The position numbers and the translations under genes are program-made. Shown in pieces: positions 43,398 to 55,664 of a DNA stretch of 64,000 nucleotides. Source of the DNA: the human T2T-CHM13v2.0 reference genome, Homo sapiens; the NCBI RefSeq assembly GCF_009914755.1, contig NC_060938.1. One strand, given 5' to 3'. The notes beneath the pieces were generated by a model. The model was not told where the DNA came from. It was given only the letters and a program-made list of their open reading frames with translations, and did no database searches. Within the stretch, counting starts at the first letter, position 1; each line of letters starts with the position of its first letter.

Positions 43398-43740
43398 CAT
43401 TTTCTCATTCATTGAATATTTGTTAAATGCCTACTATGTGCCAGATATTATTCTAGGCCCTAAAGATATGGCTGTAAACTAGATCTTCAAAGCTTCTATC
43501 CTTAAGGAGCTTACAGTTTGAAGGGGAGGAAGACCAATGTAAACAAGATTAAGAGTGACAAGCACTGGAGAAGAGAAGTGGGGAAAGAGTGTGAGGTGGA
43601 AGGAATAGGTGCAATTTTAGAAAGGATAGCGAGGAAGCCTCGGAAGCCTCGCTGAGAAGATGACATTTAGTAAACATCTAAAGGAGGGAAGAAAACAACT
43701 ATGTTGATACTTAAGGAAAGAACATGCCAGATAGGTGCGG
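43398..43740 (-). mobile_element. L2 3' fragment
   Basis: CATTCATTGAATATTTGTTAAATGCCTACTATGTGCCAG..GGAGCTTACAG..GAGAAGATGACATTT. Confidence 0.75.
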
Positions 43741-45139
43741 GTGGGGTAGCAGGAGGCAGATGACAAAGTATTGTTGTGGGGCTGGAGCACTTACCGGGTG
43801 TGCTCAGATCCCACACAGTTGGAGTGATTTGGAACAATGTGATGTTGTCACAGTTTAGGCACCATTTATCCATTTATTCAACATCCATCTATAACATAAA
43901 AAACTTACATTTCACTCTCATAGTTTCTAATGACATTTGGGGGAGTAGAGCGAAAATTGTTCCCAACAGAATATAAACATCCAATTTTCTTGCCAAATGA
44001 CTGAAAGACTAAAGTTCTCAGCTTTGTATTTTTTTAAGACAAAAATTATTTATTGGATAATAGTCTGATTATCAGAGTCGGTTACTACAGATCGTTTACA
44101 TTAAGTGTGGTTACTCAGCATAAACTCTTTTCACAATGCTCAGTTATATTTTAAAACCTATACTTACCAAGCTTTTAAATGGGCAGTGTAACAATGTTTT
44201 TAGAAGGGAGTTTCTTATATGTAATGTTTTATAAAACAATAACAACAGTAGAATTCTTGATATAGCATAAGAAAATTCGCTTTTAAATAACTGATTATAA
44301 GGAACTGTATTTTCATATTTTCACTAATTTTTTAAAGGGATACCAGTCATGTATTTCTAGCACTTTTTAAATCTCAGATTTTCAAAAATGTGCTACACAT
44401 ATTAAGTACCAGTTTCAACCTTTAGAAGATTTTTATTCTGTTATACAAGTAATTTTCTGAAAGAGTCTTGCTTGTGTGAAGAAAATTAAGCACCTGTCTC
44501 AATTTCAGAGTATGTCTGAAAGGGTATACCTTAAAAGGGTTATATTCTTAGGGGTCAGAAATAGTGGATTGAGGTTTGTAATGTGTATCAAAATGCAAAT
44601 TTTATTTTGATAGACTTTATGTCACTCCAATTGCCCCACTGGAATGTCTATATGAAAATACTAAAATCTACTGCATCAAAATGTTAAAACTTGTTGCTCT
44701 AAAACAAATATAACTTGACTGCCTATGAGCTTGGGGTGAGTCATTTATCCTATTATTCTCCCACAGGGAATCTGACTGCATTCAAACTACCCAGTTGGAG
44801 AATTCAGCTACCTTTGGAAAAGCTGCTATCAAAAAAGGAAGAGGAGCTCTCCTATCCTGCACAGGAGTTTGAATATGGCCTGCGGTGGCCATCATCACCT
44901 CTTCACAGCTAAGAATGCCAGAGTAGGTGTGGTGCCACCTCCTTCAGATACTTTTAGCATTTGTGAATTCACTATTGTAGAAGATGAGAGAATGGATTTT
45001 AGCATGTTCATGCTTGTTTTCAAAGTAAAACCATTTGATTTAGCCTACTTTATAGGTCCACAGTATTTTAAGTAAATAAATGATGACAACTGTCTCTTTT
45101 ATAGAACTTTATCTAAAAAAACTTACAACATATGCTTCT

Positions 45140-45367
45140 ATAATACTTACATAGCAGATATTGTTTCAAATACCCTAAAACTATTAATTCATTCAATCTG
45201 TCTGCCAATCCTAGCAGGTGAGTGTCATTATCACTTTACAAGAAAACTAAGCAACATGAAGCTAAGTAATTTGCCCAGCATCACACAACTGGTAAGCAGT
45301 AAAACCAAGATTCAGACCTGACAGTGTGGCCTCCATACCCTGCACTTTTAACCATGATGTTATGCTG
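45140..45367 (-). mobile_element. MIR
   Basis: AAGTAATTTGCCCAGCATCACACAACTGGTAAG..GATTCAGACC..CTTTTAACCA. Confidence 0.7.
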
Positions 45368-46884
45368 TTTAAAGCAAGTTCTCAGTGCTATGATCTCTTC
45401 AAATGAAGCATGGCTAAAAATGTGAATCTGTTATTCTACAGATATTTAACTGTGCATAAGCAAGGCACTGCCAATGACAGGTAGCCAAGGTACTTACCCA
45501 GTGATAGGAAATGAAAGACATAAATCCACAGAGACATATTTAGCACTACTGACTTGTAAACAATAGTTAAATAAGCCAAATATGTAGAACAAAAACTCCA
45601 TGAGTTAAGAAGAAAAACTTCTAAACCAAGGTTATTAGCAAAGGATTCAAAGTGAGAGGGGGATTGAGGTGTCCTTGAAAAAAATGAATAGGATTTGAGA
45701 AAAAGAAAGGCATAGAAAGGTCAGCTTGAACCAAGGACATGAAGAAAGAAAGCAAAGTTCTGTTAACAGAACAGCAAATCACATCAACTGCTGGAGAAGC
45801 AGATTCACCAATATCAACAGATGGTCTAAGCATTTCTTTCTTTAAATATATAATGTTCTTTGAGTATCTTGGAAAAAGTAAGTATTTAAATTAAGCCTGA
45901 AAACAGAGTAAAATGCAAATCCATCCTACTTTTATTTTTCATTTGACTCATTGGATATCAAGGCCTTTCCTTGGCCTTTTAATTCTGTAATCTCCAAAAT
46001 TCTACACAAGCAGTTTCTGTGTAACAAAGGATATCCGCATTATTATTTTGGTTCCTTTTATGTATTTGAACATCAAAATGCAAGCTTATAGTCTTAATCC
46101 CCAGTTTTGTTTTATAAGCGATTACACAAGTGTCATTTTCAGATGTGTATTAGGCTTATTCTGTCAGAAGTGGCTTAGGGAGTATCAAAATGTAGTTATC
46201 CCTAACTTTTTAATTTACAGGAACAACAAATAAAACTAAATGAACTTAGATTGCTAACAAGTTTTTGCCTATGAACAAACTGTGCAATCACAAGCTACAG
46301 ACTAAAAATCTGTAATATTTTGTGGCAAACTCCCTCTTCTCACATATGTATAGATATTATAACCCCTGTGCAGGAAATGGCAGTAACTGTAGATGTGAGT
46401 TTTAGATGTGCTAATATCCATGCTGAGTGAGAATACTAGCTGTTAGATGGGCACATATCAAGCATGTGGGACCCTGATGTGTGTGAGCTGAGTGGTTGAT
46501 AGGCTATAAAGGGAAGAGGAAGCTTTAAGAAAGGCTGAAAGTTGAGAAAAATAAGAATATTAAGGTCTACAAAACTATTTTGCAAAAGACTTCGTGAAAG
46601 CAAAGAAAATACTTTAGAAGCACTGGGTTCCTTCAGCATGTGCCTTGAGTCACTTTTGTCTGTATCCACCTGGGCACTTTAAATAGGGACAAGCAAAAGT
46701 GCTATGCTAAACTTTATGCACTACACACAGAATTCGGAAGTCAAACAGTCCTGGCTCTGTCACTTAGCTGTGTGATCTGGCAGGTTATTTAACTGCCTTA
46801 CTCTCAATTTCCTAATCTATAAGAAATGGAAGGATATATCCCAGATTAAAAAGGCAACTAAGTGCCCAATGTTAGGAACAAGCC

Positions 46885-46988
46885 ACACATACACACAAAC
46901 ACACACACACACACACACCCCCCAAGACTCATCACTGTGAAGTTCAGAACACTGATAAGAAAGATTATAGAAGGATCCAGAAAGAGAA

Positions 46989-47024
<36 letters not shown>
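46885..47024. repeat. (CA)n at about 46885-46917 and (TA)n at about 46993-47024
   Basis: Directly visible microsatellites. Confidence 0.95.
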
Positions 47025-47027
<3 letters not shown>

Positions 47028-48231
47028 ATAGGAGAGAGGACAGCTCCATGCATGTTATTGTCCCTGAAGACCTTCCAGTGGGACAAGACGTGGAGGTGGA
47101 AAACAAGGATATTGATGATTCTGATCCTCCGTATTTGTATTAGTCCATTTTCATATTGCTATAAAGAAGTACCCGAGGTTTGGTAATTTATAAAGAAAAA
47201 GAGGTTTCATGGACTCACAATTCCACATGGCTGGGGAGGCCTCACAATCATGGCAGAAGGTGAAGGAGAAGCAAAGGCACGTCTTACATGGTGGCAGGCA
47301 AGAGAGCATGTGCAGGGGAACTGCCCTTTATAAAACCATCAGATCTCATAAGACTTATTCACTATCACGAGAACAGCATGGGGAAAACCTGCCCCATGAT
47401 TCCGTTACCTCCCACCAGGTCCCTCCCACGACATCTGGGGATTATGGGAGCTATTATTCAAGATGAGATTGGGGTGGGGACACAGCCAAACCATATCAGT
47501 ATGCCCAGGCTAATGTGTGTATTTGTGTTATTTTTGTTTATTTAACAAAAAAGTTTTTTAAAAAATAATAGTAAAGAAATAAATCATTTTAAAATGGAAA
47601 AAGCTTATGAATAAGGATATAAAGAAAAAATATTTTTGTATAGCTGTACTATATTTCTGCATACCTGTACAATGTATTTTAAACTAAGTATTTTTACAAA
47701 ACAGTCAAAAAGTTTTAAAATATTTTAAAACTTTATAAGGTTAAAAAAAGTTATAGTAAGCTAAGTTTGATTTATTACTGAAGAAAGAAATACTTTTTAC
47801 AAATTTGGTATAGCCTAACTGTACGGTGTTTATAAATTCCACAGTAGTGTACAGTAACATCCTGGTCCTTCACATTCATTCATCACTCACTGACTCACCC
47901 AGAGCAACTTCTAATCCTGAAGCACCATTCATAAGTGTCCTATACAGAGGTACCATTTTTTATGTTTTATACCGTATGTTTACTACACATTTCCTATGTT
48001 TAGATGTACAGATACCATTGTCTTCCAATTGCTTACGGTATTCAGTATATTAACATGCTATATAGGTTTGTAGCCTAGGAGTGCTAGACTATACCATATT
48101 GTCTACGTGTATAGTAGGCTATGCCATCTAGGTTTATGTACTATGTACACTCTATGGTGTTCACACATGACAAAATCATGGAACGATTAATTTCTCATAA
48201 GGCATTCTTCTCATTAAGCAATGCATGACTG
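47025..48231 (+). mobile_element. Tigger3-type DNA transposon fragment
   Basis: GACAGCTCCATGCATGTTATTGTCCCTGAAGACCTTCCAGTGGGACAAGA...CACTCACTGACTCACCCAGAGCAACTTC...TTAAGCAATGCATGACTG terminus. Confidence 0.88.
47136..47498 (-). mobile_element. THE1C/D solo LTR
   Basis: TGTATTAGTCC...TTCCACATGGCTGGGGAGGCCTCACAATCATGGCAGAAGG...GGGGACACAGCCAAACCATATCA. TSD GTATT/GTATG. Confidence 0.93.
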
Positions 48232-51200
48232 CACGTATATGTCACATACAAGGCATAGGAAACAGAATGGCATGTCTCAATACCAATGCTGGAACTATAA
48301 GGAATCAATGTTTTCAATATTCTGAGGGAGATATATTTTTAATACAAAATGCTATATTGAACAAAGCTGTTAACCAAATTGAGGGTGAAAGAAATTTTCA
48401 GATGTGCAAAAAAGCATAAAAACTTATTTCTCAAATATCCTTTCTTAAGCAGCTACCGAAGAAGTTTTTTTCTTCAGAGATACAAACAATTCCACCAAAG
48501 GAAGTCAGGGGACACAGAAACATCAGAATGGCAGCAACAGAAAGTAATTTCCAAGCCATAATTCAGAAATTTTAATTTAAAAATAGAAAAAGATACACTA
48601 AGTATAAAATAATTTATTCAAAAAAAGTCTTTTGACAAAGTTAGAGAAATCAAATCAATTTACCTATTTCTTATACTATATTTCCTCCATTAAAATCACC
48701 TCTTTGTTGTGTCAACTCTTCTTGAAGGCAGTTGAATAATAGACGATACAAAATGTCTTTTCAAATACAAAAGAATCTCGGAATTTCTCAACCAGGAAAT
48801 ATTGATGGTTTATTGTTTTCTCCAATAATTTGAATTTTAAAATTCATTTTTCACGTATTTTCTGGCTTGTAAAATTGGTATGTGAGACCAGGGATTATAA
48901 CTCATTATTCACTGTAACTTCAAAAGTCCTCAACATGTGGTAAGTGCTCAATAAATAGCTGTATAACCTAAATGATATTACATGCATAACAATTAAAGTG
49001 TAATTAATCTACATGAACTGCCATTTCAGGTATGAAGATGCTTAATGGTGCTACAGAAGAAGCTATCAAAAAACTGCACAATAAAGACACAGCAAGAGTA
49101 AATGAATTAAGTAGGGCACCAGCATTTTGAAGAAAGCAGACCCTCCCTAAATATGAAGTGACAGAGACTCATTACTATACTGTGAGCAAATACTAAGCAA
49201 AGACTATGAAATTTCTTAATGGAATAAACTTCTCAAAATTATTCTCTTAGTGGTACTAAATAAAAGTAATTATTAGTACTCACAGAAATTATCAGACTTC
49301 ACTTTTTCATTCATTTATTTAACAAACATATACTGTGACCCTGTGTCAAGTACGGTGCTAAGAATTAAGGATTCAACAATAAACATTATACCATGATAAC
49401 TCGTCTTGTGGAGGTTACAATTTGTATACAGACATATGTATACCAATAAAATGTATACTTTCTCATGGTATTGTCTTTATAACTCTCAACATATCCTTTC
49501 ATGTTTTCATTAAAATTCAGAATAAATAAACCATTATGCCCTAACTGGATTGGTCTCATCTAACTACAGTCAGGATTTGGGGGAGAGGAAGATGTCAAAG
49601 GTATAAATAAGCAACACTCTACAGAATCATATTTTACTGAGACATTTTTTCTGGATATACAACATATTAGCTGATTTGTTTGTATTGCAGCTGTTGATGC
49701 TGAAGGGGACATTTAGAAACTAGGGATTAAAAGTTTTCAGCTCCACACAAGCTCAGGGTTATAGCCCCAGACTTTCACAAGTAACCTAATCAGTTTTGCT
49801 AAGATTCTCATTCATAGAGTCTGTAGGATCAAGACAGGTGTGTCAAGGGTATCTTGTACCAAGATATATTTTTAAAGCGGCAGTCTTTTGGCATTCTGTT
49901 CTCCCCTGCAGCCCACTAAACCACTGGAATACACTGAAGCAGGATTTCAATAAAGAGTACCCTTATATTTTACATGTAGAATTGGAACCAGACAGAAAAA
50001 GCCTTGAATTCAGTCATAAGCAAGTGTTCAGACAAGTTACTTTATGCATCTTTTCTACACACAGACTAGAATCTATATCTCTACAACTGATCCCACTGGG
50101 ACCTGAGGCAAAACATTTTGCAGGATGAATACATTATGCTAATTGCTTTACTCTATCCATTTGTTCCTCATCCTTTCCTGGTTTCTACTTTTCTCCTTAC
50201 CCTTGCCCTTTAATAATCTCTCATGAGAAGGAACTTATCTTTTTTTCTGTTTACAGTATGCAAAGGAAATACTCATAAGCAAGGAGTCATCTGAAGTAAG
50301 AACTAAGACAAAGAATACATTCAAGAACAGAATCCTTTTTAAAAAAAATGCTTTGTATTGGGGTATGTTTTCATTCACCAGCTTATGCAACTGAATGCTT
50401 GCAGGAGATCAGAAAAAGAAGCACCCCAATTCTTTTATGGAATACCAAGCATGAATAAGGCCATTCACCCCTTTGGCTCTCCCTCTCTGTTACTTAAGCC
50501 GTCCTAATAAAGAAGTGAATTTCCCTCTCCTCTTTCTATTTTCACTGTGTGTATCAAAGCCTCAGATGCACATTTTGCTATTTTGTAGTCCTTGTGGAAA
50601 AAGATATTTGAAATGTGAGGGGCATGTTAAGAAACCATTTATAGCTTTTACAACAGAGCTTTAAAAAGCCCAGGGTCAGCACAGCAGTGTCCATTTCACC
50701 TAAAGCCAAATTTTTAAGCCAAGGGAAAAACAAATAGTGCTTTGAGTTTTATTTACCACATACTGATAATTCAGAAAAAAAAAAAATAGCACTAACTAAG
50801 TGCACTACTATTGACTCATTAATACATAACAAAATGATTTTTGAATATACAAAATGAAAACCTTAAAAATTATAATGCTTAGAAATTGTGGTTTGACAAT
50901 ATTTTTGTGTCCTGGCCTCAATTTAGAAACATCTCTGGAGCCAGAACTTTTCCAACATAATATAAACTTCTTTATCCTGAAGAACTTGGTTTCTAAACAT
51001 CTTAATGATTACTATAAAAATTTACTTTCAAAAAATGTAATTTTTACCAAAAGACAACAGAATGAAAAAACAGTATTTGGTTGTTACTAACTTGAAGTGT
51101 AACTTTGATACTCAAATCTTTGATACTCAGCTTTTGAGAGACTGAAACAGCAGTTTAAGGGCTTAAAAACATTCTCTTAAATTCTATTAATCCATACCTT

Positions 51201-53874
51201 AAAAGAATCTGTTTACTGTCTGCCTGTGGGCAAACTAGGAACCCAAAAGGTATCCAGTTGTAAACGTTTCCATGAAATCCCTCAGAATCACATTCAGAAA
51301 GAGGTAGCTAAGTAAGGGGTGTGCCAGAGTATGGGATCTGGGTGGGAACTAATGCATAAATAGGTTTGCAGAAGGAAGACAAAAAATCAGTGGGAGAGGG
51401 AAACTGATGGGTACTTAGGAGAAGAAGGATGGGTCCAAGTGGGATAGGTATATTTCTAGGAGGTGACTGAGTGACTGACAGAGCCACTTCTGTAACCTGT
51501 AAATACAGCTTCAATCCCTTTTCAATGAAGCATTTTGTGCCTTCAAAGGAAATTGAAGTCAGGAAAAGAGAGAAAACACACCACATATGAAAGATTGCCA
51601 CCTGTTTTGTTCACTTCTTTAATTTCCACTCCTCCATCCATTTTAGAAGAAATTCTCCCCACCCTGCTCCAAAGACATAAAGAGTTATTTTATTGAATTA
51701 ACCCAAAAGGATCTTCTTCTTAGAAGAGCTGCTGACCACAGTGGCCATTAGGTTTGGGAGGGCAGTTATACTATTTTTGCAACCTCTGAGCCAAGTCTAG
51801 TGAGCAGCACCTCTAGGCTCCTCCCACTCCAACCAGGGGCTCTGACAACAGTCACCTGTACTAGGGAGGCAAAGGGATTGCTGGTGGACATGAGTCACCT
51901 GCTGGGCTTCAATTCCAGCTCTGCTAACTACTAGCTATTTTTTCAACACAAGCAACCACCCATCTGTAGAACGGAGTTGCTGATGATAGTATCAGTATTT
52001 ATAGTGTTATTTATGAGATTTAAGTAAGTGAATATTCATAAAATGCCAAAGTGCTTAATCAGTGCCTGGCTCATAGGCTATGTTAAATAGCTTGTCAAAT
52101 AAAGTTTAGGCATATTAAAATGAATTCATTTTAAAATTTTGATTGTAACTTATGTATCACTTCCATTTGTGATTAAAATAGAGTCACCTTCATTACTTTA
52201 CCTTTTTGATTTTTACATTTCTGGAATTGAAATCCCTGGGCCCTTATTCTTCTACTTTATACAATGCAAAACAAAACTCAAAATTGTGCTTTATGTAACC
52301 ATCTTGTCTCTTTTTTTTTTTCCTAAACACTACGGTACCTATCAATAGAACTTAAACGAGTGAATTATTACAAAAATCAACACTTTCTTAACATCCTCTC
52401 TTGTTCTCAATGACATAGGTAAGCCTATATAGTATAGATTATTTCCCTACAGTTTTGTCATTTGCAGGCAGTGCTTGCAAGCATGAATACAACAAATCAG
52501 AAAAAGAAAGAAGAAAAAAAATACATTTCAGTCACTGAACCCTATAAGTCAGTACAAAAAGATGCAGTTAAAGGTGCCATTTTCCATCCAAATAGGTATC
52601 TTGAATGCAGTTCTTTGTGATACTTTCAGTTTTGGATGGTATTTTAATGGAAGAAAATGGAAAATAAGCCCAGTCTGAGCAACTATATCATACACTACGG
52701 CCATGAGCTCAGTGTAATTTGATTTAACCAGGTTCAATACTAGCTTCACAACGCATTGAATCATGAACTTCAGATTTTTCTTTGCAGTAAAATCCTTCCG
52801 AATCTTGATTTCCAGCCAACATGCACATCACCTGTTGTTATTCTTAATTAAAGCAGCGTTGACAAAAATACTAAGGGCCAAAATTTTATACCTATTCAGA
52901 AGAAAGTCAATCTAGTGCCCTCACTTAGGAAGGAAGTACAGAGAAAGCACTCAAAAGGAAAATAAATGTGGATTATTTACTGATACCAAAAATGAAGACT
53001 CCTGGAAACAAGATATTTAAATTTTTCAGCCCAATATGAGTTTAGAGTCAGAGTTGCAAACCTGAGGACAATAACCAATCAATTTAGCCACAATTGTCAC
53101 CAATAGCATTTGTAAGGTTGAGGCCAGAAGATCACAGGTCTGCTACAACAGATTTATCACTTCTTAAATCATGTTTCTGTCCATCATCCTCTGCTCAGGT
53201 TCAAGCTGTGATCAATGAAAGGATGTCCGTCTACAGCCCTGAGATTTGATATATGGATGCTCCATAAAATTCAGCACTTTAAAGACATGTATTGATCGAT
53301 ATAATTCCAATATAAAAGAATAATTTGATGGTAGAGCCTTCATATCACAAAAATTGAAAGCTATTTAAAAGGCAGATGAATATATTTATGAAGAAATTGC
53401 CAAGTAAAATTCCCAAAAGTTTGAGACTATAATGTAGGAATACTTTAATTAGGCATTCGCTGTCTAATTAGACTTATGTGATTTCAATAATGTTTAACAT
53501 TCATAAAATAAACCAGAATCCTTGGACTATGCAACCTCACATTAAAAAAAAGATAAACAACTCTAAAAGAATCAATCAAAATAGTAAAGATGTAGAATTA
53601 AAAGCAGCAGCAGATTCTACAATATCCCATATACCACTTTGCTTTCATGGTTAACAAGAAAACAGACTAAATATGAACGACACGTGACAAGCTGTTTTCA
53701 ACAATGAAGATGGTAAACACAGTGCCTTCAAATATGTTGACCCACACAAAACTCAATGCCCTTTATTAGAAACACTAAGTCGGAACTTTGTTGAGAAACA
53801 CTTGGCCAAAGCCTCATTGATCACCCTCAAGTTGCATAAGACAGTAACCAAGATTTTTTTTTAAATCATCTTAC

Positions 53875-53957
53875 CTTTCCTTTGGAGATAAAACTGCATC
53901 TTTTCAGCTCCCTCCTGCCTCCGACACAGAAACACACGCCATGAATTGTTAACAACA
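53875..53957 (-). other. Candidate internal exon (83 nt), probably non-coding or UTR
   Basis: Acceptor CTGTTTTCACATATCTTCAG| and consensus donor AAG|GTAAGA. Body is GC-richer than its flanks. Confidence 0.45.
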
Positions 53958-54769
53958 CTGAAGATATGTGAAAACAGATGGCAATAATCAGATTTTCTAA
54001 ATAAACATAAGCGCTGAACCTAGTTTAAAAAATAACGTAAAATTCTTAAAAATATAAATAGCTTGTGAGTTTTTTGTAATTTATAAATAATATACATTAC
54101 TCATATGTTAAAAAAAGAAAAATAAATCAAAGCACAAAGAAAGAAAACAAAAGTCATCTATTACCCTATCACCTAAAAAAGAAACTACTAACTTTTCGGT
54201 GTATTCTTCAGGCATATATAACAAAAGAATTAATTACAGTTAGTTGTAAAACATTTGTTTTATAATGCAATTCTTCTAAATAAAATGTGGTATATTGGTT
54301 ATTTTTAGATGTTAAAAAATAAAGCAGAACTACCTGTCCAGAAACCCATTATGAGAGGTGACAGCATGCTGGCGGCCCTAGCAGCCCTCACTCGCTCTCG
54401 GCGCCTCCTCGGCCTTGGCGCCCACTCTGGCCGCGCTTGAGGAGCCCTTCAGCCCCCCGCTGCACTGTAGGATCCCCTTTCTGGGCTGGCCAAGGCCGGA
54501 GCCGGCTCCCACAGCTTGCCGGGAGGTGTGGAGGGAGAGGCGCAGGCGGGAACCCGGGCTGCGCGCTGCGCTTGCGAGCCAGCGCGAGTTCCGGGTGGGC
54601 GTGGGCTCGGCAGGCCCCCTGCTCGGAGCGGCCGGCCGGCCGCCCCGCCAGCCCCGGGCAGTGAGGGGCTTAGCACCTGGGCCAGCAGCTGCTGTGCTGG
54701 ATTTCTGGGGTCTTAGCTGTCCCAGCGGGGCAGGGTTCCGGACCTGCACCCGGCCATGGCCATGCCTGA

Positions 54770-54935
54770 GCCTCCCCCTGCTCCCCCCGCTCCCCCCACC
54801 GCCTCCGCCTCCCCACCTCCCCCGCCCCCCCGCCTCCTCGCCCCCCGCCCCCCGCCCCGTACCCCGTCCCCGCCTCCCCGCTCCCCCGCCGCCGCCTCCC
54901 CGCCCTCCCGCCGCCCCCACCTCCCCGCTCCTGCG
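54770..54935. repeat. C-rich imperfect (CCCCG/CCTCC)n expansion inside the LTR12C
   Basis: About 160 nt almost entirely of C-runs punctuated by G or T; many G3+ runs on the minus strand. Confidence 0.9.
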
Positions 54936-55139
54936 CCGGCCGGATCCTCCTCAAGAGCACTGGCCCCTGCTCCACGGTGCCCAGTCCCATTGACTCCCCA
55001 AGGGCTGAGGAGTGTGGGCTCACTGCGTGGGACTGGCAGGCAGCTCCACCTGCGCCCTGCTCGGGGATCCACTGGGTGAAGCCAGCTGGGCTCCTGAGTC
55101 TGGTGGGGACTTGGAGAATCTTTATGTCTAGCTAAGAGA

Positions 55140-55664
55140 TTGTAAATACACCAATCAGCACTCTGTATATAGCTCAAGGTTTGTAAACACACCAGTCAGC
55201 ACCCTGTATCTAGCTCAGGGTTTGTGGATGTACCAATGGACACTCTGTATCTAATTAATCTGGTGGGGAGAGGAGAAATTTTATGTCTAGCTAAGGGATT
55301 GTGAATGCACCAATCGGCACTCTGTATCTAGCTCAAGGTTTGTAAATGCACCAATCAGCACTCTGTGTCTAGCTCAGGGTTTGTAAATACACCAATTGAC
55401 ACTCTGTATCTAGCTAATCTAGTGGGGACTTGGTGAACTTTTGTGTCTAGCTCAGGGATTGTAAATGCACCAATCAGTAGCCTGTCAAAACGGACCAATC
55501 AGCTCTCTGTAAAACAGACCAATCGGCTCTCTGTAAAATGGACCAATCAGCCAGATGTGGGTGGGGCCAGATAAGAGAATAAAAGCAGGTTGCCCAAGCC
55601 AGCAATGGAAACCTGGGTCACCTTCCACACTGTGGAAGCTTTGTTCTTCCCTCGTTGCAATAAA
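55140..55664 (+). promoter_or_regulatory. LTR12C promoter: NF-Y CCAAT array, GATA site, TATA-like box and LTR poly(A) signal
   Basis: Nine CCAAT motifs between 55151 and 55547, GATAAG at 55570, AATAAAA at 55578 and AATAAA at 55659. This is the known ERV9 LTR layout; activity here is unknown. Confidence 0.75.

Larger units (their letters stand above)
46860..48520 (+). mobile_element. Old L1/HAL1 ORF1-like fragment split by Tigger3
   Basis: PRLITVKF-like ORF1 remnant at 46920-46990 continues after 48235 (..TTTTCAATATTCTGAGGGAG..GAGGGTGAAAGAAATTTTCAGATGTGCAA). Confidence 0.5.

Noticed and set aside
44768-44912. Plus-strand acceptor followed by a short open frame
   Set aside because: All three frames stop, there is no strong donor, and I recognise no homology.
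50257-50295. 39-nt plus-strand exon-like segment (YAKEILISKESSE)
   Set aside because: Isolated, no recognisable protein, opposite to the inferred host strand, and compatible with chance.
52549-52831. Minus ORF or possible next exon after 53875
   Set aside because: The acceptor lacks a pyrimidine tract (AAGAATAACAACAG) and the peptides are unrecognisable.
54378-55192. Overlapping Pro/Gly/Arg-rich ORFs on both strands
   Set aside because: Artefacts of stop-poor GC-rich LTR12C sequence.
55120-55550. Regularly spaced direct repeats resembling a CRISPR array
   Set aside because: These are the normal ERV9/LTR12 U3 tandem repeats in eukaryotic DNA, with no unique spacers or cas genes.
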